Positions 12,801-25,885 of a stretch of DNA of 64,000 bases are shown one piece after another. The first letter of the stretch is position 1; each line of letters begins with the position of its first letter. The stretch spans positions 105,710,001-105,774,000 of the forward strand of contig OX597817.1 in NCBI GenBank assembly GCA_951406725.2. Direction: 5' to 3'. The notes under the pieces are model-generated. The model was not told where the DNA came from. It worked only from the letters and a program-made list of their open reading frames with translations, and ran no database searches. A program made the position numbers and the translations under genes. This stretch comes from Octopus vulgaris (Eukaryota).

Positions 12801-14804
12801 CCCATCTTATCAACATCATTAGCTTACAGCTGTTTCTGCAATAAGATGCCGTGGATTCATAGTAACTCAGGCACTCAACTAATGAGTCTACTGCATCTTA
12901 TAACAGAAACATAATCGTTTTTTTCCTTTGTCATCTCGTTTTCTTATTACCGCTCTGTATCGGACTAACGCTTCGTTGTGAATTATATGTATATTGAATT
13001 CTACCCTAGGTTATTAGTCTCACAATGCCCAAGCGAAATATGTGTATGTGTGCATGCGCACACGCACGTAAATAGCATTTGAAATAAAATATCTTTTAAA
13101 AAATCTTTAAAAATAGATTGACATAAACCCTATGGAAGGAAACTGTCGTTTTGCGCAAGCGCTTTTCGCAGATTTTGGCTTTTCAAACACAGGTGTTAAA
13201 GGTATTTCGTATAGAGATAACTGTTTTAGTAGCGGTGTTTGACTTTCTCCGGTTTTGTTTCGGATTTAGAACTCTTATAAAGTATTCTTCTTTTGCTTTC
13301 TGCGGTTGATGATTTTCTTCCTTTATAATGTAAAAAGAAAATATTTAAAATTGTCCTTTTGCACAGATGTCTAGCTGTTCTCTGCATGGAACATTTCTAT
13401 GAGATGAATCTTTGATTTGTTGCTTATGTACCCTAACCCGCTGTATTAATTTTGATCCTTTTTGACTAAAACAATTCTCATTTCATTGTGAGTATGTAAT
13501 GCAGTAAATGAGTTTTTGTTTTGTAATTCATAATTACATTAACCGTTAATTCCCTTCCATTCTTCATTTTTTAAATTTTTGTTTTTCTCTATTTAGTTTT
13601 TCCCACGTCCTACAACAAAAGTCTCCACCTTTTGTGATCCGCATTATTTGTGATGAGAATTTCGCCTTCATTAAGAGACTTTTAAGACTTAGCGGTTGTT
13701 TTCGGCAGTAAATCATTTGTGATTTTTAAAATCATTTTTCTAAGATTTGAGGATTGGCATTGAATTACAAGGTATCGTTTGACAGATTGTAAGGTGTGGT
13801 TTCTAGTCACAGTAATCTGGAAGCTAAGTCTGTTTTAACTTTTGCGTATTATAAACAAACGTAAGCTAAACTCTTTAATACTGAATTCATAGTCAAGAAT
13901 ACATAGATAAGAATTTTGGGCTCAATAACAATCGATTATATCGATCCAAATACTTATCTGGTACTTTATTTTATTATCTCCAGGAGAATGAAAAGCAAAA
14001 TTGACCTTAGTAGGGATTGATCTCGAAACATAGAGAACCGGAATAAACACCACAAAGCATTTTGTCACACCTACTTACGATTCTGCCAACTTCACTCATT
14101 ATAAACTCTAAAGCAGTTTTTTTTTTATCACGGTAAACAAAGCATCAGTGTTCTTACCTAGATGCTTCTAAATAATTTATATTATTCACTATTTTAAAAT
14201 AAAGCAGTATTTATAACTGAGTTTTATGTCTGACAAGTTTTTAGTTTTATGTAGACTTAAGAGAATTGGAGGGTTGGAGAAGGGTGTGTAACTGTATGAG
14301 AACACTGAAAATCATCTCCATTGACGACTGTGACATACTACGTGCTTTCCTAGGTAAAACATTCACACCAGTCTCGATAGATTTTTTTTCTCCTTTGGAG
14401 CATTTGGAAAACGTTCAAAATTTCAATATAATCTAGTTGTAGATTATTGAAATCGATTACTGCAGAATGTACCGAGTTATGTTTACTTCTGTGAACTTAA
14501 ACGTGACTAAATAGTGAGTTTCACTAAGAAGTGTTAAGGTCTACTTTTGTGTCGATTTATTCTGAATAAGTCTGACTTGTTCTACTCAGTGTCAAAACTC
14601 TATCCGTCTTCAGATTTTATAAAACCGATAAATGAGTGAAATAGGATAAACACAAGAAATACCTACAAAATTGTAATTCCGAGTAGATGTCTCACCATTG
14701 AATCAGAAACAACAACGAAGGAACCTCTACATGGTCGCTCGACCTACTCGAAATATCAGTCAAGTGTCTTCAAATCATATCCGAATGTGTTTTAAAAAAT
14801 TGAA

Positions 14805-15062
14805 TAACGATCCTGCCAGCTCGCCGCCCCATCAAAATAGGTAATATTCCTTTCTATTATAGACACAAAGCCTGAAATTTCAGAGGATGGAGTAAATCGA
14901 TTACATCGACCCGCAGTCCACTGCTGGTACTTAATTTATCGATCCCGAAAGGATGAAATGTTAAGTTTATCTTGGCTGCATTTGAACCCAAAACGTAAAA
15001 ACTAACAAAATGCTGTTAGCATTTTTCCCGGCGTGCTAACGATTCTGCCAGCGCGCCGCCTT
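14805..15062 (-). mobile_element. SINE family A
   Basis: Reverse complement of head and core. Confidence 0.8.
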
Positions 15063-15911
15063 GAAAATAAGTAATATTGAAGAGACGATCAAAACCGGAA
15101 TAAAAATCACAAAAACTATACAAAAAGAATAAAAATGATCAATAAGCGTATGAAGTCATTGTAATAATGTTGCAGAGGAATGGATAGAAGAAAAGAAAAT
15201 AGAAATAAAAATGGGATCACCCACAATGCCTGGAAACAAACTGATATGGTTTGGTTGATTGAAAAGTTAAGGGCTGTCAGATTTATAAAAGTAAAAACAT
15301 TATAATTTGATCATAGAACATTTCCATTAGGACTAAGATCATCTCAAGTAACCAGCCAGTGTGTAATTACTCAGAGTTTTCAAGTGCTAGAGGAAAAATC
15401 GTCATATGTCTGGAATTTAAAAAAGATATGCAGACAAAAATAGGAAAATGCAATATACAAAAGTAGAGAAAGAAAAACCATTCCCAAGTACAAGTCTCAC
15501 TTCCAGTATATAATGTCACATCTGGCTGACAGACATCACACCCGTTTCCTGTTATAGGAGTGCCAAAAGTTAATCTTGCCTAGGGCGCTAAAAGCTGTAG
15601 ATCGGATATATTTCTTACAGTTACAGTTTAATGATTTAGTACAAGGCGGAAAAATGTGCAAGGGTAAGGGTACAATTATTTGAGTTAACTCATTGTGTAA
15701 CAATGGTACTTAGCTTATCAACGCTGGAGAGATGAAAAGCAAAACGAGCTCAGCAGGATAAATTTTTTTACTTGTTAGGATTTTGATATTCTGTTTTGTG
15801 AACAATAGAGTCATTGGTTACATACTTCCAACATGAAAATTATTGGTTGACTGCATTTAAGACGGTGGGAATGTCAGGAATTATCGGAGGAACCCGAGCG
15901 TAATAAATGTC

Positions 15912-16113
15912 GGTTTCAAATTTTTGTACATGGCCAACTATTTCGGGAGAGGGGTGAGTCAATTACATCAACTCCAGTGCTCATCTGATACTTATTTATC
16001 GACCCTGAAAGAATGAAAGGCAAAGTCGATACTGGCAGCATTTGAATTTAGAACGTAAAGACGCTATCTTTTTCGCCCGGCTCGCTATCAACGATTCTCC
16101 CAGCCTGCTGCCT
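15912..16113 (-). mobile_element. SINE family A, diverged
   Basis: Reverse complement of core and TTTGAAACC tail. Confidence 0.7.
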
Positions 16114-16677
16114 TATACAAGTTTCAACTAAGATTTTAGCGAAACGAAGTCTGTACATGGTCATTCGACCAGCTCGAAATGTCAACCAAATTTCCCTCAA
16201 ATCACATTACACTCTTCTATTTTAGAAAGGACACGTTGTATTGTATAGTTTTTCAACACACTCAGCCTGAAATTAAAATAGGATGACCAAGTCCTACCTG
16301 AGGCTAAGCCCACAACAAAGCAACTAGTAAAGGGGTATTGGTTGTGTCCTTGCTCTTCATCTGTCTTTTGTATTCATGAATGAACCAATTGCGTACCTGG
16401 GTGATAATAACTATCTAATCTATCTATGCTCGTAATGTCCTCCCAATCTTTAGGCTTCCCTCAAACCATTCTCTGCGGGAAGTGTATTCCTGTGAAGCAA
16501 GATAGCCATTGTCTACTGTATGAAAATAAATGCCTCGCTTTGCAACCACGTGGGTTCGGGTTCAGTCCTACTGCGCAGCACCTTGAGCATGCTTGTTTTC
16601 TACTATAGTTCCGAACAAACCAATGCCTTTTGAGTGAATTTGGTAAGTGAAAATTGTGTGGAGGCCCGTTGTATGTA

Positions 16678-18365
16678 CAGTAATACCCCACTTTACGATG
16701 ACCCACTTTACGAGAGCCCGGGTTTACGAGTTTTATTTTATAACTATAAAAAGGTTAAACTGCCATTTTGTATGTGTAGTAACGTCGCAACACGCGGCAA
16801 CACCGGTTCTGACGCGTCTACTCAGCTGCATATAACGACGGAGTAAAATGTCGGCATAAAATTTCAATGTCTCAGTTTGCGCGTGCGCTTTTGTGTAGAG
16901 AGATTATTACAAGCTAGTTCTTTGTGCCACATATTTTATATTGTATACGTGTGTTTACGAAGGGGTACTCTAAAGAAACCGGAATTTTGCAATGTTATTT
17001 TATTCACTTAATTTTACATGTTTACACTTTTATCGCCTTCAAAGTATTCTCCATTTGAAGCAATGCATCGATCTAGACGCGTTTCCCACTGTTCGAAGCA
17101 GTGCTGAAATTCTTGCAATGTGATACCTTTTAACGCCTCCGTCGTTATTATCTTCACCTCTTCCACATCTGCAAATTCTGTAATGCCCAGCTTTCATCAC
17201 CGGTGATGAGCTTCAAGAAAAAAAGTCCAGATCAACTTCCAACTCTTCTTCTAGTTCACGACACGCATTCAGTGAATCTTCCGCGTTTGATCTTCCGTGA
17301 ACAAACGAAGCACAAATTTTGCTGCAACTATCTTCATTCGCAATTCCTCGCTCAAAATTCGTTGGCAGGAGCTCCAGGACATACCAACCAATTATATCAA
17401 CAAGTTCGTTAATTGATCAGTGGCGGCCCTTCAGGAATTTTTATGATGTTTCCATTTGTTCGGGAGGTCGACGGTCGCCCTGAACGAGGTTGGTCTTCAA
17501 ATGACAAGTGACCTTTCCTAAAGTGTGAACACTACTCGTAAACTTGTGTTTTGTTCATGGCAGCGTCCTTGTAAGCTGTTTGAAGTATTACAACTGTTTC
17601 AGCCGCCATTTTTCCCAGCAGAAAGCAGAATTTCACGGATGCACGCTGTTCCTTCGTTTCAGCCATCGCAAAAATCGACGAACAGTGGAGAATCTCTGCA
17701 AAACAAAGACGCACCACGTGACAGTACGACCTCACTCGACGACGCCTGTGGGTTGCATCAAATCACTTCTAGTGGCGGAAGCCCGAACTTCAACGAGATT
17801 GTTCCACAGAGAACGTTTCCGGTTACTTTTGGGTATCCCCTCGTATACTATTATTTTCGGCATTTTTTAAACCTATCTAATATGTCTAAACGAAAGCGTA
17901 CAACGGATACCGATGGGAACAAAAAGAAACGAAAAGCCATCACTTTCGAAACTAAGTATAAAATGCTTTTTCTAAACAAACAACACCAGACTTGTTTTTT
18001 TAAAAAGAAATCTGCAAGTCCGTCTACGAGTACTTGTGAATCAGCGATCGTGTCTACAAGTAATTGTGTGCGCGAGTTTAGTGCGAGGAAAAGTGATTCA
18101 GAAAACGATTACAATAATAATTTTTAAAAAATCATAAATGATCTTGACATTCTTTTTACTTTACATAAAATATTCTTTACATTCTACTGTTGTTTTATTG
18201 CCATTTGTTTACGAGTATAATAAATTTTATAGGTAAAATATTTTTCTGGGAATGAATTACGTTTTATAACATTGCTACTATGGGAAATTATTACTCTTCT
18301 TTAAGAGTTTTCACTTTACGATCGGTCTTCTGGAACAAATTAACTCGTATATTGAGGCATTACTG
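16678..18365 (+). mobile_element. Non-autonomous Tigger/pogo element
   Basis: TIRs CAGTAATACCCCACTTTACGA and TCGTATATTGAGGCATTACTG with TA TSDs; N-terminal remnant MSKRKRTTDTDGNKKKRKAITFETKYK at ~17882. Confidence 0.8.
16958..17843 (-). mobile_element. Internally deleted mariner element
   Basis: TIRs CGAAGGGGTACTC and GGGTATCCCCTCG with TA flanks. MAETKEQRASVKFCFLLGK..AETV..LQTAYKD..KTQVYE; ITGDESW joined to C-terminal FQHCFEQWETRLDRCIASNGEYFEGD. Confidence 0.9.
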
Positions 18366-18467
18366 TATATGTGTGCGCGCGTGCGTACATGTGTGTATAT
18401 GTGCGTGTGTACGTGTGTGTAATGCACGCGCGTGCATGTGTGCATGTGAGTGTGTGTGTGAGAGTGC

Positions 18468-18510
<43 letters not shown>

Positions 18511-19309
18511 CGTATGCGTATGTCTATGTTTCTGTCTGTCCTCCTCTACAACTTGACAACAAGTGTTGGTTTGTTTACGTCCCCCGAAACAATAGTTCGA
18601 TAAAAAAAGTGGCTGATACAATAAGTACCAGACTTTAGGAAAATTAATTCTTCGGTCGATTTGTTTGTCTAAACCCTGAAGACAGTACTCCAGTATGGAC
18701 TCAGTCTAATGACGGGAACAACACACACACACTCACATGCACACATGCACGCGCGTGCATTACACACACGTACACACGCACATATACACACATGTACGCA
18801 CGCGCGCACACATATACAGTAATGCCTCAATATACGAGTTATATAACCTTTTGCGCTTATTCTTTTACTTTTTTCATCTTTGTGAATTTAGAACGATTAT
18901 AATAGGGGTCCAGAGTCTTGAAGGGCATTTGATACTCATAAAAACAACCCTTCTCAAATACGCAACATTCCATTTGCAGCAATCTCATTGCGCTCTCTTC
19001 CGAAATAAAATTACATACCACATCCAGAAGCAACATAAAAACTAACAATTTGATCTACGTTAATCTCCTTTTTTCCATCTCATGTAAATTAAATTTAGAC
19101 CTTTCCAATTTGCTGTGAAATGCATTCAGACGCTGGGATGTCTCATGAATGATATTTGCTTGCCAGTATTTTACAGCAAAATTACGATCATTTAGCTCTT
19201 AAGCCAAAGAGCAGTGCATTGAATTAAGTTTTAAATCTTACGCTAAAATATATATTTATTCCTATTTTAATCTTTAATCCTTAATATTTTACTTTAATCC
19301 TTAATATTT

Positions 19310-19752
19310 TACTATTTTCAGTCATTAGACTGTGGCTATGCTGGGACACAGTCCGGAAGAATTTTCAGTTGAATAAGTCGACCCGAGTACTTATTGTTTG
19401 TTAAGCCAGGTACTTATTCTATAGGCATTTTTTGCCGAACCTCTGTGTTATGAAAACGTAAACACACCAATACCGGTTGTCAAGCGGTACTGGGTGACGG
19501 ACACAGACACAAACAGAAGCAAACACAGACACACACTCACACACACACACACACACACTCACACACACACACACACACACACACACTTCTTATCAGTTTC
19601 CGTCTATCAAATCCACTCATAATGCTTTGGTCGGCCCGAGGCTATAGTAATGCTTTGGTCGGCCCGAGGCTATAGTAGAAGACGCTTACTCAAGGTGCTA
19701 CGAAGTGGGACTGAACCCAGAGTCATGCGGTTGGGAAGCAAACTTCTTATCA
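19310..19752 (-). mobile_element. SINE family B
   Basis: Family consensus; internal 28-bp tandem duplication at ~19621-19676. Confidence 0.8.
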
Positions 19753-21235
19753 GTTTAATCAAAGATCTTAACAGTGCCATTTTCCTACTCTAGCATTTTT
19801 TCTAAGTCTCTCCTATAATAAATAAAATGGGTTTAGTGTTGTAATATATTTATTGAACAGCTGCATCAGCAAAGTTGTGGTTTAAAAGATTTAGTTACGT
19901 TTATTAATGTTTTAAGTTCCAAGCCCCGCTGAGATAAGCTTTGCCTTTCGTCCCATTGGGGAAGTCGGAGTTAGTAAAAGCGTTGGATTAGAAGCCTGGC
20001 GATATTCGTTCTGGCTGTCATGCGCTCTAAGTTTAAATTCTGCTAAAGCCGATTTTGTCTTGTTTTTCACAGTCAGAGTCGATAAATAAACAACCAGTAA
20101 TATAACAAAGCCATTTCTCTCCGTCTTTGTCTCTGTCTGTCTGTCTGTCTGTCTGTCTGAGGGGGCTGATAAAAAATATATAGCAGTAATATAATTGATT
20201 TCATCGATTATACTCCACTGCTTATGAGTTTCTGGATTTGTGCCAATGAAAAATATTAAGAGAATGGGACGTTATTCATGTGGGAAAAAAAGTTAAGTTG
20301 ATGTTAAAATATTTAAATATTTAACAATATTTAAGTTCATGTTAATCAATTTAGAATGAAAGAGCTGAACAAGACAAAAAAAAAGCGATGTTAGTCATTG
20401 ATTAGTCGATAGACACTACTCTTAGCCGTCACTCGCAGACAAGTATGACCTGGTATATTGTACCATGCTTTTGATAGTTGTTTTAGGTGCATATATAATC
20501 AAAAACTGACATAGACATCATCTCGGTCCTTTCCTGTTTGACACAGAGGAATATGATGCGACGGTTGGATAGCGAAAGCTCTGCACCAGAAGTTGGTTGG
20601 TACTTATTTTCAGCGGACAAGAACTAACTCGTCTTGGCCGATCTCTAAGCAGCATCCAACCACTATGTTTCAAAACCAACGTCCATAAGCTGCCAACGCG
20701 GAAAAACATACATCCACCAGATCAAATAAACACAATTGTGATTGCATATTTTAACGAGACAGTCCCACTTTGTGCAGTGTTTCAGCACAGATTAACATGA
20801 ATAAATATAGAAACACTGGTCCAAGCAAGACAAAGAAATACAGTTATTCTCTGAACTAAACATACAAGGCCAATGAAGACACACCATTTAGGTATTTTGT
20901 GCCTTTTTCGCAAGCATTTAATGAGCGTACTTAAATGCACTAATATTCAGAACACAATATTCAGAACACAAACTAAATAAGTTTCCCATACATGTATCGA
21001 AATTGCAGACTTACACATTTTTCTTATCCCCCACCTCACACCGCATGGATCAGAAACTGAGCCTGGGGCCATGAACATATGCAGAACAGCTGGAAAAAAA
21101 GTTGGAAATTTTCTGTAAGGAATCTAATTTGCTACAGCAGGGATTCCTAACCGCCGGGTCGCACAGAAAGAATAAATTTTAAAACTTTATTTCGCAGTCT
21201 GCAGAGTGCACTTGCATTATATACATATTATGAGA

Positions 21236-21920
21236 CTTTTTCTGTTGATGTCACAAGTTTTAGTTCTTTTAATTTTGTCCCAATTGTTTTCAAATTTGGT
21301 ATACTGATATAGTTTTGTATGCTAATTATGGAAATGAAATTCATTTTTGCAATAGATAAATAAATAAAATGTTAATAGCTTTTAAAGTTTGCAAATTTTA
21401 GGTAATTTTAGCCAATAGAAAGCCAAAGACATATTGGTGCCTGTTTCCATGGTAACAACCCAAGATATAGTCTCCCTGAAAACACAACCATGTGTATTGT
21501 CTTTACCTTATATATATATATATATATTGACAAGTTTATGTGGCGCAGAAAGTACAAAAATTGTAATTTGTTTGAGGAAAAACTCCGAGAATGTATCTCA
21601 ATTTATTTTTTTAATTTTTCACACAAAAAAAAAGTTATTGAGGATTCTGATGTCGTAATGTTTTGCTTTCATTAAAAGTTTGTCGTAATACTGTTGTGAT
21701 TGACAGTTATCACGCACGAAATGCCAGCTTTCAAATCCTATTTTCTGATTGGGTAAAAATTATCAAATTTTAAACCTCTGTAAACATTTTTTATCAGTTT
21801 TTTTTCTTGAACAAGTGAATAACAAAATCAGAGTCAGCGTGAAAAATTACATCAGTATACCAAATTTGAAAATTTTTACTTACCTTCAAAATTTCAAAAA
21901 TTGTGACAGTAACAGAAAAG
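21236..21920. mobile_element. Non-autonomous DNA element with long imperfect inverted arms
   Basis: TTTTCTGTTGATGTCACAA pairs with TTGTGACAGTAACAGAAAA, and TTTCAAATTTGGTATACTGAT pairs with ATCAGTATACCAAATTTGAAA. Confidence 0.65.
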
Positions 21921-21934
21921 ATTCACATTCAAGA

Positions 21935-22325
21935 TGCCAGGCGAAATGCCTAGCGGTATTTCGTCTGCCGTTACGTTCTGAGTTCAAATTCCGTCGAGGT
22001 CGACTTTGCTTTTCATCCTTTCGGGGTCGATTAAATAAGTACTAGTTACGCACTGAGGGCGATGTAATCGACTTAATCCGTTTGTCTGTCCTTGTTTGTC
22101 TCCTCTGTGTTTAGCGCCTTGTGGGTAGTAAAGAAATAGGTATTTCGTCTGCTGTAACGTTCAGAGTTCAAATTCCGCTGAGGTCGACATTGCCTTTCAT
22201 CCTTTCGGGGTCGATTAAATAAGTACCAGTTACGCACTGGGGTCAATATAATCGACTTAATCTATTTGTCTGTCTTTGTTTGTCCCTCTGTGTGTATCCC
22301 CTTGTGGACAGGAAAGAAATAAGAA
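21935..22325 (+). mobile_element. SINE family A dimer
   Basis: Second unit restarts at GGTATTTCGTC (~22139). Confidence 0.85.
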
Positions 22326-22394
22326 AAGATTCACATACATACATACATACATACATACATACATACATACATACATACATACATACATAAAGAA

Positions 22395-22712
22395 GCACTC
22401 CGTCGGTTACGACGACGAGGGTCCCAGGTGATACAATCAACGGAACAGCCTTTTCGTGAAATTAACGTGGAAGTGATTGAGCATTCCACAGACTCATGTA
22501 CTCTTAACGCAGTTCTTAGGGAGACTCAGCGTGACACAGGGTGTGACAAGGCTGACCCTTTGAAATACAGGTACAACTCATTTTTGCCAGCCGAGTGGAC
22601 TGGAGCAACGTGAAATTAAAGTGCCTTGCTCAAGGACACAACGCGTCGCCGGGAATTGAACTCACGACCTTACGACCGTGAGCCGAATATCCCAACCATT
22701 AAGCCACGCGCC
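22395..22712 (-). mobile_element. SINE family C (tRNA head GGCGCGTGG..AATGGTT, CORE-like)
   Basis: Homologous to 49203-49503; flanked by (TACA)n on both sides. Confidence 0.8.
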
Positions 22713-22717
22713 TTTAC

Positions 22718-23010
22718 ATGCATACATACATACATACATACATACATACATACATACATACATACATGCATACCTTCATACATACATACATGCATACATA
22801 CATACATACATACATACATACATACATACATACATACATACATACATACATACATACATACATACATACATACATACATGCATACATACATACATACATA
22901 CATATATACATACATACATACATACATACATGCATACATACATACATACATACATACATACATACATACATACATACATACATACATACATACATACATA
23001 CATACACACA
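22718..23010. repeat. (TACA)n microsatellite
   Basis: ~290-bp near-perfect run. Confidence 0.97.
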
Positions 23011-23331
23011 CGTGTGTTTGTGTGTGTATGTGTGTGTGTTGAAAAGTTATTTCAAACGAGACTGCATTACCGTAGACCTTTACTTACAATTCCATGGAAT
23101 TCCATATATGTCCAACTTCCAATTAGATATCAAATAGTTTGTTCTTTGATTTTTCTTCGGTGTTATATATAGTAGAATAGATTACAATGTTTACAGAGTG
23201 TTTATTCAAGATCGGAATAAAACTTGAGGTTCGGTAGTAACTATTTTTATATCATTACATCATACATTTATGATATAATTTTTGAAAAAAATTGTTACAA
23301 CTGAATCTTCAATTTTATTCTGATCTTGGCT

Positions 23332-23390
<59 letters not shown>

Positions 23391-23589
23391 CATATATGTA
23401 TGTGCATTTTTGCGTTTGCGTGTGATTATGTGTCATTGAATGTGTGTGCGTATATGTGTAACTGTGTGTGCGTGTATGTGAATGTGTGCGTGCGCTGTGT
23501 GTGTGTTTGTGTGTGTTTTTGTGTGTATGTTTGACTGTGAACGTGTACGAAGAAGATATTTTTCCTTTTTTTATACTGATCACAATTTT

Positions 23590-24565
23590 TATTACTTTTT
23601 CCTTTATTAAGTGATAACATTTGAATAGAAAGAAACAGAAGAAAGTGAAAAAGTTAAAATAAACGAAAAGAAGGTGGGGGGATACCTACAGAAGGTAGAG
23701 AGGGTGGGACAATGACCATACATCCCCAAAACAAATGGTGTGCTCCACTGCGCCCCACGGAAGTGACCACGATGGCTGCGAAGAACGGGCAGCTGCGGAG
23801 AATAGCCAGCGACATTCGCTGCTGCAGCATCGCCAGTCTCATTTCTCCACGTCGTAGGGCTCATTTCTCAGACGAGCTGCCGTTGTCCCGATTCTGCAGA
23901 GGAAATCGGTAGCTCGGGGTTCGAGAACATCTGACGTCTCGACAGCGACCGGCACTAATTCATAACGGCCGGTGAGGCCACTGTATTTATTGATTTTTCT
24001 CTCTTCTGCATTACGGATGGCGACACCCGGGTTTGCAGCCGATGCACCAAGGATGAAGCTGGAGAACGTGTCACTGTACGGTTGCGTCTCAGATTAGGGA
24101 TCTGCCTCTCTAGAATAGGAAAAGGATAAGGCGGCGAGGTGGCAGAAACGTTAGCACGCCGGACGAAATGCTCACCGGTATTTCGTCTGCCGTTACGTTC
24201 TGAGTTCAAATTCCGCCGAGGTCGACTTTGCCTTTCATCCTTTCGGGGTCGATAAATTAAGTATCAGTTACGCATCAGTGCGTAACTGGTACTTAATTTA
24301 TCGGGTCGATAATTAAGTACCAGTTACGCACTGGGGTCGATGTAATCGACTTAATTCCTTTGTCTGTACTTGTTTGTCCCCCATATGTTTAGCCCTTGTG
24401 GGCAATAAAGAAATAAGAATAGGAAAAGGGTTATTCCGTCGGGGTGCTTACCGTCCCTGTGGTGGAGACCTACTGGCTCCAGTTGAGACGGGAAGCCAGC
24501 CGCGTCTAGATCCCTTGTAACTATAATCGGCTCGAACTAAGGCTATAGGATAATGAATGCAGACC
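23590..24565 (-). mobile_element. CRE-clade non-LTR retrotransposon 3' end (restriction-like endonuclease)
   Basis: LDAAGFPSQLEPVGLHHRDGKHPDGITL..RGRSLI*DAT..AEERKINKYSGLTGRYELVPVAVETS..LQQRMSLAILRS, followed by a 3' UTR with AATAAA. Interrupted by a SINE. Confidence 0.8.
24126..24415 (+). mobile_element. SINE family A inserted in the CRE element
   Basis: 14-bp TSD AGAATAGGAAAAGG at 24112-24125 and 24416-24429. Confidence 0.9.
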
Positions 24566-25641
24566 GAATTCATCGACCTCCCGCTCAACAACGATTATGT
24601 TTCGTCCCAGTAGTAACTTTTTAATCGAAGCAATTATTTTTCCTTCAATTCTTTTTTACCTTCTTATATTATTTAAAATTATATTATATCTAAAACAATA
24701 AATCTACCAGCTCCATCGGCGTTCCAAAGCTCTTCTACCCGGTCTTATTTTCTGGATGGAATTATATTAATGACAGTTATTATTGCCTTCTTCATTATTG
24801 CAAGAATCGTGGGAACGCTGTTGTTTTCGTTTCTTCTTTGTTATTACCGGAATTAAAAACTTTCTGACTGTTAGTATCATGTTTCTTTCACCACCCGGAA
24901 ATGGTTTGGTCGAAGTGTCTGGTATTAGTTTATTACTGGGGTGCATTGTCTGTTGGTGTGTGTATGTGTGTGTGTGTGTGTGTGTGTTTTGCGTGTGTGC
25001 AAGAGTGTATGGGTTTTTGGTTTTATGTACATGTCTATAAGTGCATGCATGGTTCTGTGTGTTTTTCTGTGTATATGTATGTGTGCATGTGTGTGTGTGT
25101 GGGGGGGAAGTGTTTGTATGTGTGTGTTTATAGGCGTGTGTGTGTGTTTCTGTGTGTTTATAGGTGTGTGTGCGTGTGACTGCGTGCGCGTATGTATATA
25201 CATGTGTGTGTGTTTGTGTGCATTGGCGTATATGTCTGTGTGCGTGTATGTGCGTGTGTGTGTGTTTGTGTCTTTGAATGTGTGTGAGTGTCTGTGTGCG
25301 CGTGCGTATATATGTTTGTGTGAGTATACGTGTGTATGTGTTTGCGTGTGTTTGTGTGTGTATGTGTGTCTGTTTTAATGTACTCTGCGTTTTACTATCA
25401 ATAATTATTTGGGTATTCCAACATAAAATAATTTTATTATTGAAGAGTTATTTTTCTTTCTTGCTTTTGTTTTTTTGTTTGTTTTATTTCGTGTTATGTG
25501 ATATGATGTGTTTCAATAGTTGCTTCTATTCATACGTACCAACACATTAATAAATACTTATACATGCACACAGAACTAGAGACACCAACCGTCCCAATAG
25601 ATAAAAAAAATTTCAGTTATAAAATTCTTGCCTAGAATATG

Positions 25642-25681
<40 letters not shown>

Positions 25682-25715
25682 AGATGTCGAACACGAGTGG
25701 TGATATATAAAAAGG

Positions 25716-25885
25716 AAATGAAGAAAATGCTGACAAATAATTGAAGTAATTTAAGTAATTTAATTAGGTGAAAGTTCTTTTTACCGGTTGCGCATAAGCA
25801 TAACAAATGCGCAACCGGTAAAAGAACTTTCACCTAATTAAATTACTTAAATTACTTCAATTATTTGTCAGCATTTTCTTCATTT
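25716..25885. repeat. Near-perfect 80-bp-arm inverted repeat between (AT)n tracts
   Basis: Arms 25716-25795 and 25807-25885, 11-nt loop, one 1-nt indel. Confidence 0.95.

Larger units (their letters stand above)
16530..18720 (+). mobile_element. SINE family B split by a nested DNA transposon
   Basis: Head and CORE at 16530-16675; body resumes after 18367 and ends ...CAGTCTAATGACGGGAACA. Confidence 0.7.

Noticed and set aside
17525-18127. 200-aa ORF as a host gene
   Set aside because: Chimera of antisense mariner sequence and a Tigger N-terminal remnant.
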